A stretch of 64,000 nt of DNA, taken from contig CAVTUQ010000007.1 of NCBI GenBank assembly GCA_963737905.1, positions 288,001 to 352,000 of the forward strand. The letters are read 5' to 3'. The notes beneath the pieces are model-generated. The model made no database searches and was not told where the DNA came from. It saw nothing but the letters and a program-made list of their open reading frames with translations. Positions 11,062-21,867 of this stretch are shown piece after piece (within the stretch, counting starts at the first letter, position 1; every line of letters begins with the position of its first letter). Both the position numbers and the translations under genes were made by a program. The stretch is from an uncultured delta proteobacterium. GTDB taxonomy: Bacteria; Desulfobacterota; Binatia; UBA9968.

Positions 11062-12196
11062 ATGAAATTTGTCTTTGGCGTGCTCTTTTTGGTTTGCCAG
11101 CGTCATTGATCCTATCCGACCCATTCTTGCCGCCGAGTCCAAAGCATCATGGCAAGCCGAGTGGGACCAGACGGTGCGTGCGGCTGAGCAGGAAGGACAG
11201 GTCATGGTCTCGATCGGCGGTTACGGAGCTATTATCGATTCGGGGGTATTTCAAAAAACTTACCCCAAGATCAAAATAACTCACATTACCGGTGCCGGAA
11301 CCAACCTTACCCAGCGTATTTCGGCGGAGCGGCGCGCCGGCAAATATCTTCTCGACGTTTACAACGGTGGTGGAAATTCGCTGTTTCAGGTTCTTTATCA
11401 GGGAAAAATGCTCGACCCGATTAAGTCGGCGTTGATCCTGCCGGACGTGACGGATGCATCAAAATGGTGGGAGGGCAAACAGAAGTACGCGGACAAAGAA
11501 GGTCAATATATTTTCGTCTACGAGGGCAACGTATCAGCCGGCGCGGGCGCTTCTTATAACACCCAGTTGCTTGATCCGCGCGAGTACAAGAGCTACTGGG
11601 ATTTGCTCAATCCCAAACTGAAGGGAAAGATCCTTTCCACCGACATTCGCAAAGTGCGCGGCGCAGGTATTCCCTGGCAGTTTCTTTATTACTCCTCCGA
11701 ACTAGGTCCCAAATATCTCCGCCGTCTGTTTGGCGAGATGGAGGTCACTTTAACCGCCGATCTTCGTCAAGCCATCGACTGGCTCGGCACGGGGAAATTC
11801 GCCGTGGCTATGCCGATACAAGGTGGAACGGTCTATAAAGCAAAAAACCAGGGTTTGCCGGTGGATGAGTTCAGCCCCTACCACTTCAAGGAAGGCGTCA
11901 ATTTGTCGTCGGCATTTGGCTCGCTTGCGTTGATGAATCGCGCGCCGCATCCGAAGGCGGCCAAAGTTTTTATCAACTGGCTGTTGTCGCCCGAAGGCCA
12001 GACGCTATTTCAAAAAGTAATATCGCAGCCCGGCGATCCAAGAAATTCGCGCCGAATCGATGTTCCCAAGGACCATATCCCACCCGACGAGCAGCGCCGC
12101 GACAAGATGAGTTATTTCGACACCGACGATCCCGACACCAAAGATCTCAATCCGGTGATGAAGTTACTGGATGAAATCTTGGCGGAAAAAAAGTAA
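11062..12196 (+). CDS. ABC transporter extracellular solute-binding protein (Fe3+/thiamine-like class); frameshift in the signal peptide
   Basis: AAEQEGQV, SYWDLLNPKLKGKI, APHPKAAKVFINWLLSPEGQ. Confidence 0.85.
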
Positions 12197-12213
12197 CCCA
12201 ACGTTGAGCAAGG

Positions 12214-12239
12214 AGGACGGGTTTGAAACCCGTCCCTAC
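12214..12239. repeat. GTAG-family REP-like hairpin between convergent genes
   Basis: ggacgggtttgaaacccgtccctac (reverse strand begins GTAG). Confidence 0.65.
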
Positions 12240-12331
12240 GAGCGCAAGGTATGTCCTGAAGACCCGCCCGACTAGCGGCGCATCGATTCTTTACCAGAGA
12301 GCGACCGAGAAGCGAGCCGCTCCGGTCGCGG

Positions 12332-13399
12332 CTAGCGTGGCGGCAAGGGGTCGGCCGCGTTGATCTTCTTGAATAGCTCGACGATTGCCGGATCTCTGGG
12401 AAGTTCTTTAATGAGTCCTTCCATCTCCTCCGGCATGACCGGGGTGGGTTCCTCGCCCACGAGCTTCCTATACTCCTTATGAAACTCCGGATCCTTGAAG
12501 GTTTTGACCATGGCTTCTTCGAGAACCTTTACCCGTTCGGGCTGCGTCCCGGGAGGGAGTATGTAAGGCGATCCGACCTGGCGAAAATCTCTCACCATGC
12601 GCAACAATCGACGTTCCCTTTCGGTTCTAGCAAAGTCCTCGAACTCCGGCAGCCGCTCGAACCCAGCCTGCTTAAGTCCTTTCGGGACTTCCATGATGGC
12701 ATGGAGATCTATGGCGCCTTTTGCTATCGCCTCGGCGTTTCGTCGCAGCAAGGTATCGGCGTTATTGATACGGCCATCCAATTCCCCTCTGGCCAATGCG
12801 ATATCTAGCTCGCTGCCGGAATAGCCGACGACGAAATTCGGCGACTTGAGCCCGATCAAATAGGCAAACAACCGGCCCACGAAATAGTTGGAATGCCCCA
12901 CCGCCTGGGCGCCGATTCTAACGCCGGAGGCCGAACGCAAGGCTTCCAGACTTTTGAGACCCGCATCGCCTCTGGTTATAAAGACCCAGTGGTAGGTGCT
13001 GTGGGAGGAGCCCAGATAGACGAACTTGTTGAGATCGTAGCGCACACCTGCTTCTCGCAGAACCGCGTTGGCTACCAGGCCACCGCCGATGCGGCCCATC
13101 GTAAGACCGTCCGGCCGCACGTTGCTGAATATATGGTTGGCAGCTTTCGTTCCCCCACCTCCCGGCATAAACTCGAACTTAATGGTCGGCTCGCCGGGGA
13201 TATGTTTCTTCAAGAAAGGGACGATAGCCCGTGTCATTGTGTCCGAAGTATCACCTGCCTGGGTAGATTGAAGGAGTGTGATCGTCTTTCCCTGATAAAA
13301 GGAAGTTTGCGAAAACGCCGGCACCGGAAAAAGAGACAACAACCCTATGAGTATAGCAAGAATCTCGAGGCGCTGCGTTTTAGATTCCATCGACTTCAT
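12332..13399 (-). CDS. Tripartite tricarboxylate transporter substrate-binding protein (Bug/TctC-like)
   Basis: Signal peptide, FYQGKTI, KHIPGEP, MPGGGG..AAN, PDGLT, ALARGELDG. Confidence 0.85.
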   Translation of the reverse strand: MKSMESKTQRLEILAILIGLLSLFPVPAFSQTSFYQGKTITLLQSTQAGDTSDTMTRAIVPFLKKHIPGEPTIKFEFMPGGGGTKAANHIFSNVRPDGLTMGRIGGGLVANAVLREAGVRYDLNKFVYLGSSHSTYHWVFITRGDAGLKSLEALRSASGVRIGAQAVGHSNYFVGRLFAYLIGLKSPNFVVGYSGSELDIALARGELDGRINNADTLLRRNAEAIAKGAIDLHAIMEVPKGLKQAGFERLPEFEDFARTERERRLLRMVRDFRQVGSPYILPPGTQPERVKVLEEAMVKTFKDPEFHKEYRKLVGEEPTPVMPEEMEGLIKELPRDPAIVELFKKINAADPLPPR

Positions 13400-13681
13400 T
13401 CCTAATCTCCTTCGAGCACAGAGCATCTTACGTTTCTATGAGCTGTCCTTCGGCGGGCAAAGTGCTTTTTTCCAGCGCATAAAACTTGTGTCATATCACC
13501 ATTAGATACTCTACCCCGGGGCCAGAAGAAAGCTAAACCATAAGGCAGGCGCCATCGCCGAGTTGCCCAATTGACTCAGGACAATGACAATTTCAGGAAG
13601 ATCAACCCGACAAGTAATTGCAATGTGACTCGAAGACTGAAGCGGAGAGAACCGGGCGAAGTTGACGTTGCTTACGGCTCG

Positions 13682-13870
13682 TTAGTCGCGCGGCTGGTGC
13701 TCTGAAGTCGAGCCCTTAACCTCTTCGCTGCGCAATCCGAGTTTCTGGGCTTGCACATGGCAAAGATGACAAACGATAAGATCAAGCAAGACGATGCCGG
13801 ACTCTTCGCTTATAACCCGATGCGGTGAATCGGTAAAAGGTGCGCCGCAATGTTGGCAGATCCATCCCAT
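13682..13870 (-). CDS. Small hypothetical protein with two CxxC motifs
   Basis: 62 aa: CQHC and CHLC; GGAG upstream. Confidence 0.5.
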   Translation of the reverse strand: MGWICQHCGAPFTDSPHRVISEESGIVLLDLIVCHLCHVQAQKLGLRSEEVKGSTSEHQPRD

Positions 13871-14116
13871 ACTCCAAGGTGGAGCAAAGGATATGCCATT
13901 CCAGCCGGCATAAGGGTTCTCTGTCCGAGAGGGTTACAAGTGTAAGGTTTAGATACTCTTTGGCTCGCTTGTAATCTCGATGAAGGCTTTGTTTGAAAAA
14001 TGGGTGTGGTCATTGGGCATACAACTGTTGGAGGAAAATCCATCAACAGAGGGCTTGAGGCAACCCAACCGGGTCGTCATTGCCGCCACAATCATCGCCC
14101 ATGCCCACCACGCTGT

Positions 14117-16345
14117 TTAGGCCTTTTGCAAAGCCGCATAAATCTTCTCCGACGTAAGCGGCAGGTCATACAACCGCACGCCGACGGCGTCTTCGATCGC
14201 ATTGGCGATAGCGGCTGCTGTTGGGACGTTGGGAATTTCAGCGATCGCCTTGCCTTGATACGGAGTTGGTCCGGTGGCGTCTTCCATTAACACGGTCGTT
14301 AACTTTGGCAGGTCCGTTATCGTCGGCATTTTGAACTCGCCGAGGTTGGCGGTAGACATCTTGCCATCGACCAACGAGCTGTCTTCCATGAGCGCGAAGC
14401 CGAGACCGGTGACAACGCCGCCGTCGATTTGCCCTTGGTAGCTCAAGTGATTCAACACGGTGCCCGAATCATGGACCGTTGTCAGTTTCTTCACCTTTAC
14501 TTGACCGGTTCCGGGATCAACCTCGACTTCCGCCACTTGCGCGGCGAATGAAGTAATTGCCGCGCGCGCGGGCTCGTAGACGCTCAGGTGCGTTATGGCT
14601 CCGCGGTTTTGTTCGACGGCGAGGCGCATGAGGTCGGCGAATGCCAACGCTTTCTGTCCGAGAGCGGCATAGCGGCCTTTCACTTCCCGTAAATCTTCGG
14701 GCTTGCAGCCTAGTCGAGCTGCGGCTAAGGTGACGATTTTTTCTTTGACTTCAGAGACTGCCTGATAGGCCGCGGTGCCGACGCTGTTGGTCGACTTGCT
14801 TCCTCCGGTACCAGAGTCGTAAGGCGAGCTCTCGGTATCTTCCACGCGGATGTTAACCCGTTCCCGTGGCAGATCGAGCATTTCGCCGACGATCTGTTGT
14901 ACGACGGTGTGGATGCCGGGGCCGACATCGGGCACACCTAAGTTTACGGTCACGTTACCGTCGGATTCAAAGGTGATCGCCGCGCCGGAACGGCCTGCGC
15001 CCGAGGGCCGTTCGTAAACGGCGACTCCGCGGCCAATATTCTTCACCTTAGGCTTCTTCCAGCCGGAAACATCGAGGGCTTTCTTAAGAGTTTCCTTGAC
15101 GACGATGCCTTTTAGTTTCTGGCCAAAGGGTGTTGCGTCGCCGTCGTTTAGCAGATTCTTCATGCGAAACGCGACCGGGTCCGTGCCCAGCTCGCGAGCG
15201 ATAATATCGATCTGCGATTCCATCGCAAAAGTCGTCTGCGGGCTTCCCGGGGTGCGCGTCTGCGTGCAGGGAACTTGATTGGTGTAAGCACAGATCGTTT
15301 CCACTTGGATCGCGGGAATTCGATAGTAGCTGGCCACGCGGCGCGGTCCTTGCACGGTCACTTCGGCGTTGGCTTTGAGTGCGGCGTAGCCGCCGCCGCT
15401 GAACACGGCGCGCGCATGCAATGCGCAGAGCTTTCCATCGGCATCGACGGCAGTGCGGAGCGTGATAACGGCAGGATGGCGATGCGAACAGGCAGCTAGC
15501 TCTTCCGTATAGTCGAGTACCATCTTGACCGGTTTGCCGGTTCGGGCTGCTAAAAAATAGCAGACCGGGACGTCGATGACCGAAGTCTTGCCGCCGAAGT
15601 CGCCGCCTACAGGTAGGATATGCACTTTGATTTTTTTCGGGTCGAGATCTAAGTCCCGCGCCACGCGATCGCGCAATGTGAAGGGCGCTTTGTTCGACGC
15701 CCAGATCTCGATCTGATTGTCATCGTTGATTCTGACGGTGCACGCGTGCGGTTCGATGTAGGCATGAAAACCGAGCGGTGTACGAAACGTATGCTCGAAC
15801 ACACGCGAAGCCTTTTTGAATCCCGCCTCGACGTCTCCATTGTTCCATCGGCCGTAGGATTGAATGTTCGGCAGCTCCGTAGCGCGCTCGGGAGCGTTCC
15901 TATAGGCGCCGGGGTTTTCGTGTAGGATGGGCGCTCCCGGGCGGATCGCTTCAACCGGGTCGGTGACATACGGCAGATCTTGGTACTGAACGTCGATTAA
16001 GTTCAACGCCTCCTCGGCGATTTCAGCGCTATCGGCGGCCACCGCGGCCACAGGCTCCCCCACATATCGGACCCGATCGCGGGCGAGCACCGGCATGTCT
16101 TTCATTCTTAAACCCGTAAGAATCGGGGGTATATCGGCGGCGGTGATCACCGCGCGCACGCCCCGCAGTTGCGTTGCCTTCGAGCTATCGATTTTGAGCA
16201 CCCGCGCATGGGGCAGGGGACTGCGCAAGAGCTTCGCCCAAAGCGCGTCCGGGATATCGACGTCCGCGGCATAGCGCGTCTTGCCGCTTACTTTCTCCGC
16301 TCCTTCGAGCCGCGGGACAGACTTGCCGACAAACTTATAAGCCAT
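14117..16345 (-). CDS. Xanthine dehydrogenase-family molybdopterin-binding subunit
   Basis: 742 aa; EKVSG, HAYIEP, VGGDFGGK, GQIDGG, KAIAE. Confidence 0.92.
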   Translation of the reverse strand: MAYKFVGKSVPRLEGAEKVSGKTRYAADVDIPDALWAKLLRSPLPHARVLKIDSSKATQLRGVRAVITAADIPPILTGLRMKDMPVLARDRVRYVGEPVAAVAADSAEIAEEALNLIDVQYQDLPYVTDPVEAIRPGAPILHENPGAYRNAPERATELPNIQSYGRWNNGDVEAGFKKASRVFEHTFRTPLGFHAYIEPHACTVRINDDNQIEIWASNKAPFTLRDRVARDLDLDPKKIKVHILPVGGDFGGKTSVIDVPVCYFLAARTGKPVKMVLDYTEELAACSHRHPAVITLRTAVDADGKLCALHARAVFSGGGYAALKANAEVTVQGPRRVASYYRIPAIQVETICAYTNQVPCTQTRTPGSPQTTFAMESQIDIIARELGTDPVAFRMKNLLNDGDATPFGQKLKGIVVKETLKKALDVSGWKKPKVKNIGRGVAVYERPSGAGRSGAAITFESDGNVTVNLGVPDVGPGIHTVVQQIVGEMLDLPRERVNIRVEDTESSPYDSGTGGSKSTNSVGTAAYQAVSEVKEKIVTLAAARLGCKPEDLREVKGRYAALGQKALAFADLMRLAVEQNRGAITHLSVYEPARAAITSFAAQVAEVEVDPGTGQVKVKKLTTVHDSGTVLNHLSYQGQIDGGVVTGLGFALMEDSSLVDGKMSTANLGEFKMPTITDLPKLTTVLMEDATGPTPYQGKAIAEIPNVPTAAAIANAIEDAVGVRLYDLPLTSEKIYAALQKA

Positions 16346-16371
16346 CTATCTCTCCTCCGATTGAAACACTT

Positions 16372-16428
16372 GTCGAAGATCGAAGATGGAGGATGGAAGA
16401 TGGCGATCCTCAATCCTCTATCCTCGAT
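16372..16428. repeat. Intergenic inverted 7-nt periodic repeat (GAAGATG ... ATCCTCN)
   Basis: tcgaagatcgaagatggaggatggaagatgg followed by atcctcaatcctctatcctcga. Confidence 0.7.
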
Positions 16429-16439
16429 TGGGCTTTGTC

Positions 16440-17420
16440 CTATATCTTGACCTTTGTGAATACCCGCAACGGGTTTTTTTGGAATATTTTCAATTTGTCT
16501 TCGGGGGTCAAAAACTCCAGGCTATCGATCACCGGTACCAGGTCGTCCGACGGCCTTCCCGTTTCCGGACGAACCGCGCCGCCGGAACCCGGGGATTCCG
16601 TGCCAAAAAGCATCTGATCTACGCCGCGTTGCTTGATCGCGGCCGTCAGGAAATCAACGTCGTAAGCGCAGCAATCGTAAAACAGGTTCTTGCTCAGATC
16701 TTTTTGCGCGATGTGATGATCCGTAGGAATAAACCGATTGAGACCGCCGCCGCAGTGGCAGACGACGACTTTTAGTTTCGGAAAGGTTTCAAATACTTTG
16801 CCGTGAGAAAGGAGCTGCATCGCGACAAACTCTTCCAGATAGTTGTTCATCTGATAGTTCGCCGGAATGATCTCCAACCGGTGGTCATAGGTGATCGAAG
16901 GATGGACCATCAAGGGGACGTCTAGTTGCTGCGCTTTTTCGTAAAGCGGATACCAGTACTCTTCGTGCACGCCGGGGGTTTGTTTGTCGCCTGCAGGATC
17001 AGGGTTTAAGTATGCGCCGACGAACCCCAGTTCCTTGATGCAGCGTTCGAGCTCGGCGACGCAGTTGCGGGTGTCCCTTTCCTTGCTTTGGGGTAATTGC
17101 GCCATGCCGCGAAACCGATCGGGATGGAGCTTGACGATACGGGCGATGACGTCGTTGGCCGTGCGGCACCAAAACTCTTGAAGAAATGGGCGCATCCAAT
17201 GCCACATGGCAATCGGCCGCGGCCCAATAAACTGGACATCGACATTTCTGTCGTCCATAAATTTGAGATGACGCTGCTGGGCATTCTCGAGCTGTTCGTC
17301 CGTCATCTCCAGTTTTCGACCCGCCGTGTTCTGCGCCACGGTTTCTGCCAGGAACTGGCGAAAGGGAGCCGGTGTGGTCATGTGTCCGTGAACGTCGACG
17401 ACTTTTTGGCCGTTATGCAT
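16440..17420 (-). CDS. Amidohydrolase-2 family, LigJ (4-oxalomesaconate hydratase)-like
   Basis: DVHGHMTTP, AQLPQS, ELERC, LNPDPAG, YWYPLYEK, HCGG, LFGTE. Confidence 0.8.
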   Translation of the reverse strand: MHNGQKVVDVHGHMTTPAPFRQFLAETVAQNTAGRKLEMTDEQLENAQQRHLKFMDDRNVDVQFIGPRPIAMWHWMRPFLQEFWCRTANDVIARIVKLHPDRFRGMAQLPQSKERDTRNCVAELERCIKELGFVGAYLNPDPAGDKQTPGVHEEYWYPLYEKAQQLDVPLMVHPSITYDHRLEIIPANYQMNNYLEEFVAMQLLSHGKVFETFPKLKVVVCHCGGGLNRFIPTDHHIAQKDLSKNLFYDCCAYDVDFLTAAIKQRGVDQMLFGTESPGSGGAVRPETGRPSDDLVPVIDSLEFLTPEDKLKIFQKNPLRVFTKVKI

Positions 17421-17442
17421 AAGAAACTCCTTCCCTCTATTG

Positions 17443-17513
17443 GTTCAACGTTCAAGAGTTCAATGTTCAATGCCCTCTCCCCGCCTTTGAGCCTTGAACT
17501 TTGAACCTTGAAC
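17443..17513. repeat. Intergenic inverted GTTCAA/TTGAAC periodic repeat
   Basis: gttcaacgttcaagagttcaatgttcaa ... ttgagccttgaactttgaaccttgaac. Confidence 0.7.
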
Positions 17514-17521
17514 TCGTTCTT

Positions 17522-18745
17522 TTAATCTTCCTCCGGAGCCGGGACTTGATGAGACAAGAAAATTTCTTTTCTTTCTTTCGCGGACTGCATGATGGCCAGG
17601 CACGCTTCCAAGGTCGCCATGCCCCAAAGGCCGCTGTGGCGAATCGGTTTATCGAGAACTACGGCGTTGTACAGTTCTTCCAATTCTCCGCGCCGGGAGG
17701 GACCGCCGCCTATCAGTGGAATGTCACTAGTTCCCTCGTCGCTGTGAACGTAAAGTCCGAACTGCGACTGGCGGATATCGCCTCTTTCACAGGTCGCGAT
17801 TAATATTCCCAGATCGTTGGGAAGCCACGGCCTGGGTTTACTACGGTCACGAATATCACTTTCCCGCGAGCCGCCGATCCGCATTTCATCCTTGTCGGCG
17901 TTTTCGTTTCGGGTACCGTCCAACAGCGATTTGCGAATCGCGGCGCGCTCAGCTTCGGAATAGCGGCTGTTTTGATTGCCCCACGGCACGAGCTCCGACG
18001 CCAGAAAATAGCCGTAGCCGTTATGCATGAGTGTGGCCGGCGTGCCGTCCTCGAATTCCATGAAAGCGGAGTAATAACCAGGGATCGGCCGCCCGGCAAA
18101 CCACTGCCCCACCGTCCCGCGAACGCTTCGCACCATGCCGCCGCCAAGCAGACGGAGTGTATCGATCTGATGCGGGCCCTGGCGGTAGGGGATGCCGCCG
18201 CCTTGGTTGATATCCAGCTCTTCCGCGGTCCGTGGTCGCAACATCCAGTCCGTATAGGCCCACACGTGAAGAGCACAAAGTTTGCCCAGTTCACCAGAGC
18301 GCATGATCTTTTGCATGGTCCGGATATGTGGTCCGTAGCTTTGCGTGTGGCCGCACAGGAGCTTGACTTTGTTCTTCTCCACCGCTTCGATCATCTTTTC
18401 CGCTTCCGCGAGCGAGATCGCCATGGGCTTTTCCACGACTACGTGCTTGCCGTGTTCAGCCGCCATGATCGTGTGCGGCGCGTGGAACTTATTGGGCGTC
18501 GAAACCCAAACGGCTTCGACATTTGGATCAGTACAAAGTTTCTCTATGCTGTCGTAGGTCTTGGCGCCGTACCGGTGTTCAAACGTATTCAATACCCGCC
18601 GGTTTATATCGGCCGCTGCCACGAGCTGGATATCGGGCATGGCTTCCATCTGCGGCAAGATCTCCGAGGCGCCGACGCCGATACCGACAATACCAAGCCT
18701 AAGCCGGCGGTTAACGGGTTGGTCCGTGTTTACTTCTTCTGCCAT
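17522..18745 (-). CDS. Gfo/Idh/MocA oxidoreductase (phthalate cis-dihydrodiol dehydrogenase-like)
   Basis: GIVGIG, STPNKFH, VEKPMA, YTDWMLRPR, GGGIPYRQGPHQID. Confidence 0.85.
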   Translation of the reverse strand: MAEEVNTDQPVNRRLRLGIVGIGVGASEILPQMEAMPDIQLVAAADINRRVLNTFEHRYGAKTYDSIEKLCTDPNVEAVWVSTPNKFHAPHTIMAAEHGKHVVVEKPMAISLAEAEKMIEAVEKNKVKLLCGHTQSYGPHIRTMQKIMRSGELGKLCALHVWAYTDWMLRPRTAEELDINQGGGIPYRQGPHQIDTLRLLGGGMVRSVRGTVGQWFAGRPIPGYYSAFMEFEDGTPATLMHNGYGYFLASELVPWGNQNSRYSEAERAAIRKSLLDGTRNENADKDEMRIGGSRESDIRDRSKPRPWLPNDLGILIATCERGDIRQSQFGLYVHSDEGTSDIPLIGGGPSRRGELEELYNAVVLDKPIRHSGLWGMATLEACLAIMQSAKERKEIFLSHQVPAPEED

Positions 18746-18775
18746 CGCCAATCTCCCTTTTACTATGAACCACCC

Positions 18776-19903
18776 TTAGTCTAATTGGTAGAACTCCGCG
18801 CAGTTGTCCCATAAAATTTTGCGTTTGTCTTGCTGCTTGATGTCAAGCTTCAAAAAGCTCTCCACCGCATGAGGAAACTTGGAATCTCCGTGCGGATAGT
18901 CGGTGGAGAAGACCAGTCTATCCGTGCCGATGTAATCGATCACGTATTTCACGCCGGCTTCGTCAGGCTCCACTGAAACAAAAACCTGGCGCTTGAAGTA
19001 TCCGCTCGGTGCCATCGCCAGATCCTTCGCCCAGATATCGCCTTCGCGCTCCCAGCCCTCGTCGAGGCGCCAAAGCAGCCAGGGAAGCCAGGTGCAATTG
19101 GCTTCCAGAAATGCCACACGAAGTTTCGGATGGCGCGCCAAGACGCCGCCGGAGCAGAGGCTGACCAAGCCCAGCATCTGCTCCATGGGTTGTGCGACCA
19201 CTCGCCGCAGCATGAAATTGGGCTCAAAGTTATCGCCAACCTGTCTTCCGGCAGTCGAAGAGGACTCGTGAAACCCAAGTGGGGTCTCCAATTCCTCGAG
19301 CAGGGACCAAAGAGGCTCGTAATAGTCGTCGTACCAGTTGCGCCCGTTGGTGATGTTAGAGCGCATGAAGATCGCGCGGAAGCCAAGGTCCTTGACGCAC
19401 CGCTTAACTTCAGTGAGGGCTTCCTCTATGTTGAAAGGCGAGATCATTCCGGCGCCGAGCAGGCGATGGGGGTTTTTCTTGCAAAAGTCGTAGAGCCAGT
19501 TGTTGTAGGCGCGGGCTAACGCAGCCGCGAAGTTGGCTTCCATGTTGGGTTCGGCCAGCACTTGAAGTCCGCGTGTAGGGTAGAGGACGGCGACGTCGAT
19601 CCCCTCTATGTCCATGGCTTCAAGTTGGATGTCTGCGGTCCATCCGCGTTCCGCACGGGAGCCGTAGATTCCCTGGTTCTTGCGAAAGTTATGCCCTCGA
19701 TTGGAGTTCCGCTTTCCGTGGGTTTGCGGGAGCCCCCAGAGCCGCCCATCGGGATGGGCCATTCTGAGGTCCCGGACATTCTCGCTCGTCAGACCCCGCG
19801 GCGCTTCGGTTTTGAACTTAGAATCGATATAGCGCTCCCAGAGGTCCACGGGTTCCATCAAGTGCATGTCGCTGTCGAGGATCTTTAACCCGTCTTTTGC
19901 CAT
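18776..19903 (-). CDS. Amidohydrolase-2 family protein
   Basis: DSDMH, AYNNWL, FSTDYPHGD; close paralog of the gene at 5999. Confidence 0.9.
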   Translation of the reverse strand: MAKDGLKILDSDMHLMEPVDLWERYIDSKFKTEAPRGLTSENVRDLRMAHPDGRLWGLPQTHGKRNSNRGHNFRKNQGIYGSRAERGWTADIQLEAMDIEGIDVAVLYPTRGLQVLAEPNMEANFAAALARAYNNWLYDFCKKNPHRLLGAGMISPFNIEEALTEVKRCVKDLGFRAIFMRSNITNGRNWYDDYYEPLWSLLEELETPLGFHESSSTAGRQVGDNFEPNFMLRRVVAQPMEQMLGLVSLCSGGVLARHPKLRVAFLEANCTWLPWLLWRLDEGWEREGDIWAKDLAMAPSGYFKRQVFVSVEPDEAGVKYVIDYIGTDRLVFSTDYPHGDSKFPHAVESFLKLDIKQQDKRKILWDNCAEFYQLD

Positions 19904-20112
19904 ACCTGCCTCCCGGGCCGCATTAATCTGGTACTGTTACCGCTGTACAACACTCGAATTGAGACTGTCAACGAAAAGCCTGCGCGGTTGCACCAAAAAT
20001 AAGCGACTTTTCCGACGGCAGTCGATCTGGTAGTTTAGGGAGACGGGTGTTTGGCGGTCAGAAGATTTTCGGCAGCCCTCGGAAAAGGAATTCTCGGAAC
20101 AGGAGGTGACAG

Positions 20113-21123
20113 GTGAAAACTTCTCGCAACGGATTTGTGATTCGCTGGTTCATCGCGTGTCTCGTACTCTTATTTGTGGCGCCTGGCGCCAAAGCGCAAG
20201 AGAAGAAGTTGCTCCGCGTCGTCTTTGTTAGTTTATCGTGGAACAGTGAAATTCCCGTGCGAGTGGCCTTGGCTCGCGGCTTTTTTAAAGCGCAAGGATT
20301 GCAAATCGAGCCAATATTCATTCGTGGCGGACCCGCGGCGATAGCTGCTCTCATTTCAGGTGAAGTGGATTTTGCCAGCATTGGTGGAGCCCAGGCCGTT
20401 ATACGCGGTAAGGCGCGGGGGCTTGACCTATCCATCATCGGCTCGATTTCCAATCAAACCAATTACGTCTTGCTGGGCAACCAACAGACACGAACGGTGG
20501 AGAATCTGAAAGGAAAGATTATTGGGATCACGGGCGCCGGCGCGTTTTCCGAGTTCGCCGTCAAGACGTTTCTAAAGAAACAGAACATCGATCCCCAGAA
20601 GGATGTCGTTTTGCGTGCCGTCGGCAACACGACCATGCGCGCGGCTGCACTGGAGAAGGGGCTTGTGGCCGCAGCGCCGTTCTCGCCCGAGGACGCGGTG
20701 CGACTGATGAAAAGCGGTTATCCGTTGATTTCGAATTTTGCCGAGTCCTTGGATATTCCGCAGAGCATTATCGTGACCCGCGGCGAAGTGTTAGAGAAAT
20801 ATCCCGAGACGACGAAGAGATTTCTCAAGGCACTGATTCTCGGCATTCACCTCGCCAAAACCAATAAAAAAGAAGCGATCAAGGCGGGATATGAGTCCGG
20901 ACTTCAAGGCGACCCCGAAATTGTGAATGCTGCCTACGATTTGTATCAGCCGGCGCTAACGTCGGACTTGTCGATTGCGGTTCCGGGAATTCAACTCATG
21001 CTGGACGAAGATATTCGCGCCGGGCTGGTGGACAACAAGTTTACGGTCGATAAGGTGATCAACGACCGAATTCTCAAAAAGGCGCAGGAAGAGCTAAGAA
21101 CTGAAGGACGCCTAAAGCCGTAA
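20113..21123 (+). CDS. NitT/TauT (NMT1-like) ABC substrate-binding protein
   Basis: Signal peptide, GFFKAQGL, ALISGEVD, LKGKIIG. Confidence 0.85.
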   Translation: MKTSRNGFVIRWFIACLVLLFVAPGAKAQEKKLLRVVFVSLSWNSEIPVRVALARGFFKAQGLQIEPIFIRGGPAAIAALISGEVDFASIGGAQAVIRGKARGLDLSIIGSISNQTNYVLLGNQQTRTVENLKGKIIGITGAGAFSEFAVKTFLKKQNIDPQKDVVLRAVGNTTMRAAALEKGLVAAAPFSPEDAVRLMKSGYPLISNFAESLDIPQSIIVTRGEVLEKYPETTKRFLKALILGIHLAKTNKKEAIKAGYESGLQGDPEIVNAAYDLYQPALTSDLSIAVPGIQLMLDEDIRAGLVDNKFTVDKVINDRILKKAQEELRTEGRLKP

Positions 21124-21130
21124 GTCTCCG

Positions 21131-21547
21131 ATGTCTAACCTGAGTGACGATGAGCCAAAGGTCGCTGTCGATGAGCTCCGTCGAAATAGAGAAGTCGGAA
21201 ACGGCCGCTGGTTGTTTAGTTGGCGGATTCAAAATCTCACGGAGCAACCGATAAGGCTTTTTGCCGCCCGGTGTCCCCACGGACAATTTAGGAGCGCCGA
21301 ACGATTTTTCGCCCCACCGTTACAGGCTGCCGCCGGAAAAGCCGCGACTATCGAGATGCCGGTGCGCTGTGACGAGCCGGCAGGGAGCGTCATTGAGAAC
21401 GGGTTTCTGATTCTTTTGGTCGAATGGCTCGACAAACAGTGGAGAATATTCGTGAGATTGCGCGTAATCATTAACGAAGCGGGGGAGCCGGAAACGGCGA
21501 CCGAACTGATTACAACCCAACGGGTAGGTTTTTCCGGAGTCGGTTAA
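21131..21547 (+). CDS. Hypothetical protein
   Basis: 138-aa ORF directly after the SBP gene, same strand. Confidence 0.6.
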   Translation: MSNLSDDEPKVAVDELRRNREVGNGRWLFSWRIQNLTEQPIRLFAARCPHGQFRSAERFFAPPLQAAAGKAATIEMPVRCDEPAGSVIENGFLILLVEWLDKQWRIFVRLRVIINEAGEPETATELITTQRVGFSGVG

Positions 21548-21562
21548 GCTGAAAGGGATCTC

Positions 21563-21784
21563 ATGACGGAAGACGATCAAGATTTTCTTATCCTTCAAAA
21601 AATGCGCGGTTGACGGCGCAATTGAGGCCTCGGCTTCGAAGAGACCACGGGTATGGTCTCCAATTCGCTAAAGATCAGCCAAGAAGAGGTCGTCAAAGCC
21701 CTGGACAGGCTGCGGCGGGAAAAGGCGGACGATCCAGAATACAAGAAGCTACGGAAAGATCTGCCGAAGAGTTGGCCGGTGTGA
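21563..21784 (+). CDS. Small hypothetical protein, apparently frameshifted
   Basis: MTEDDQDFLILQK start; coding-like C-terminus ...EEVVKALDRLRREKADDPEYKKLRKDLPKSWPV lies in a different frame from the intervening sequence. Confidence 0.4.
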
Positions 21785-21867
21785 AACCGGTTCAGGGTTC
21801 AACGTTCAAAGTTCAAGGTTCCGAGTTAGAAGAACTGACACCTGACACCCGAAACCTGGAGAGAGAC

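Noticed and set aside
17972-18784. Long antisense ORFs (also 25719, 47542, 43072, 56480)
   Set aside because: Shadow ORFs opposite clearly recognisable genes in GC-rich DNA
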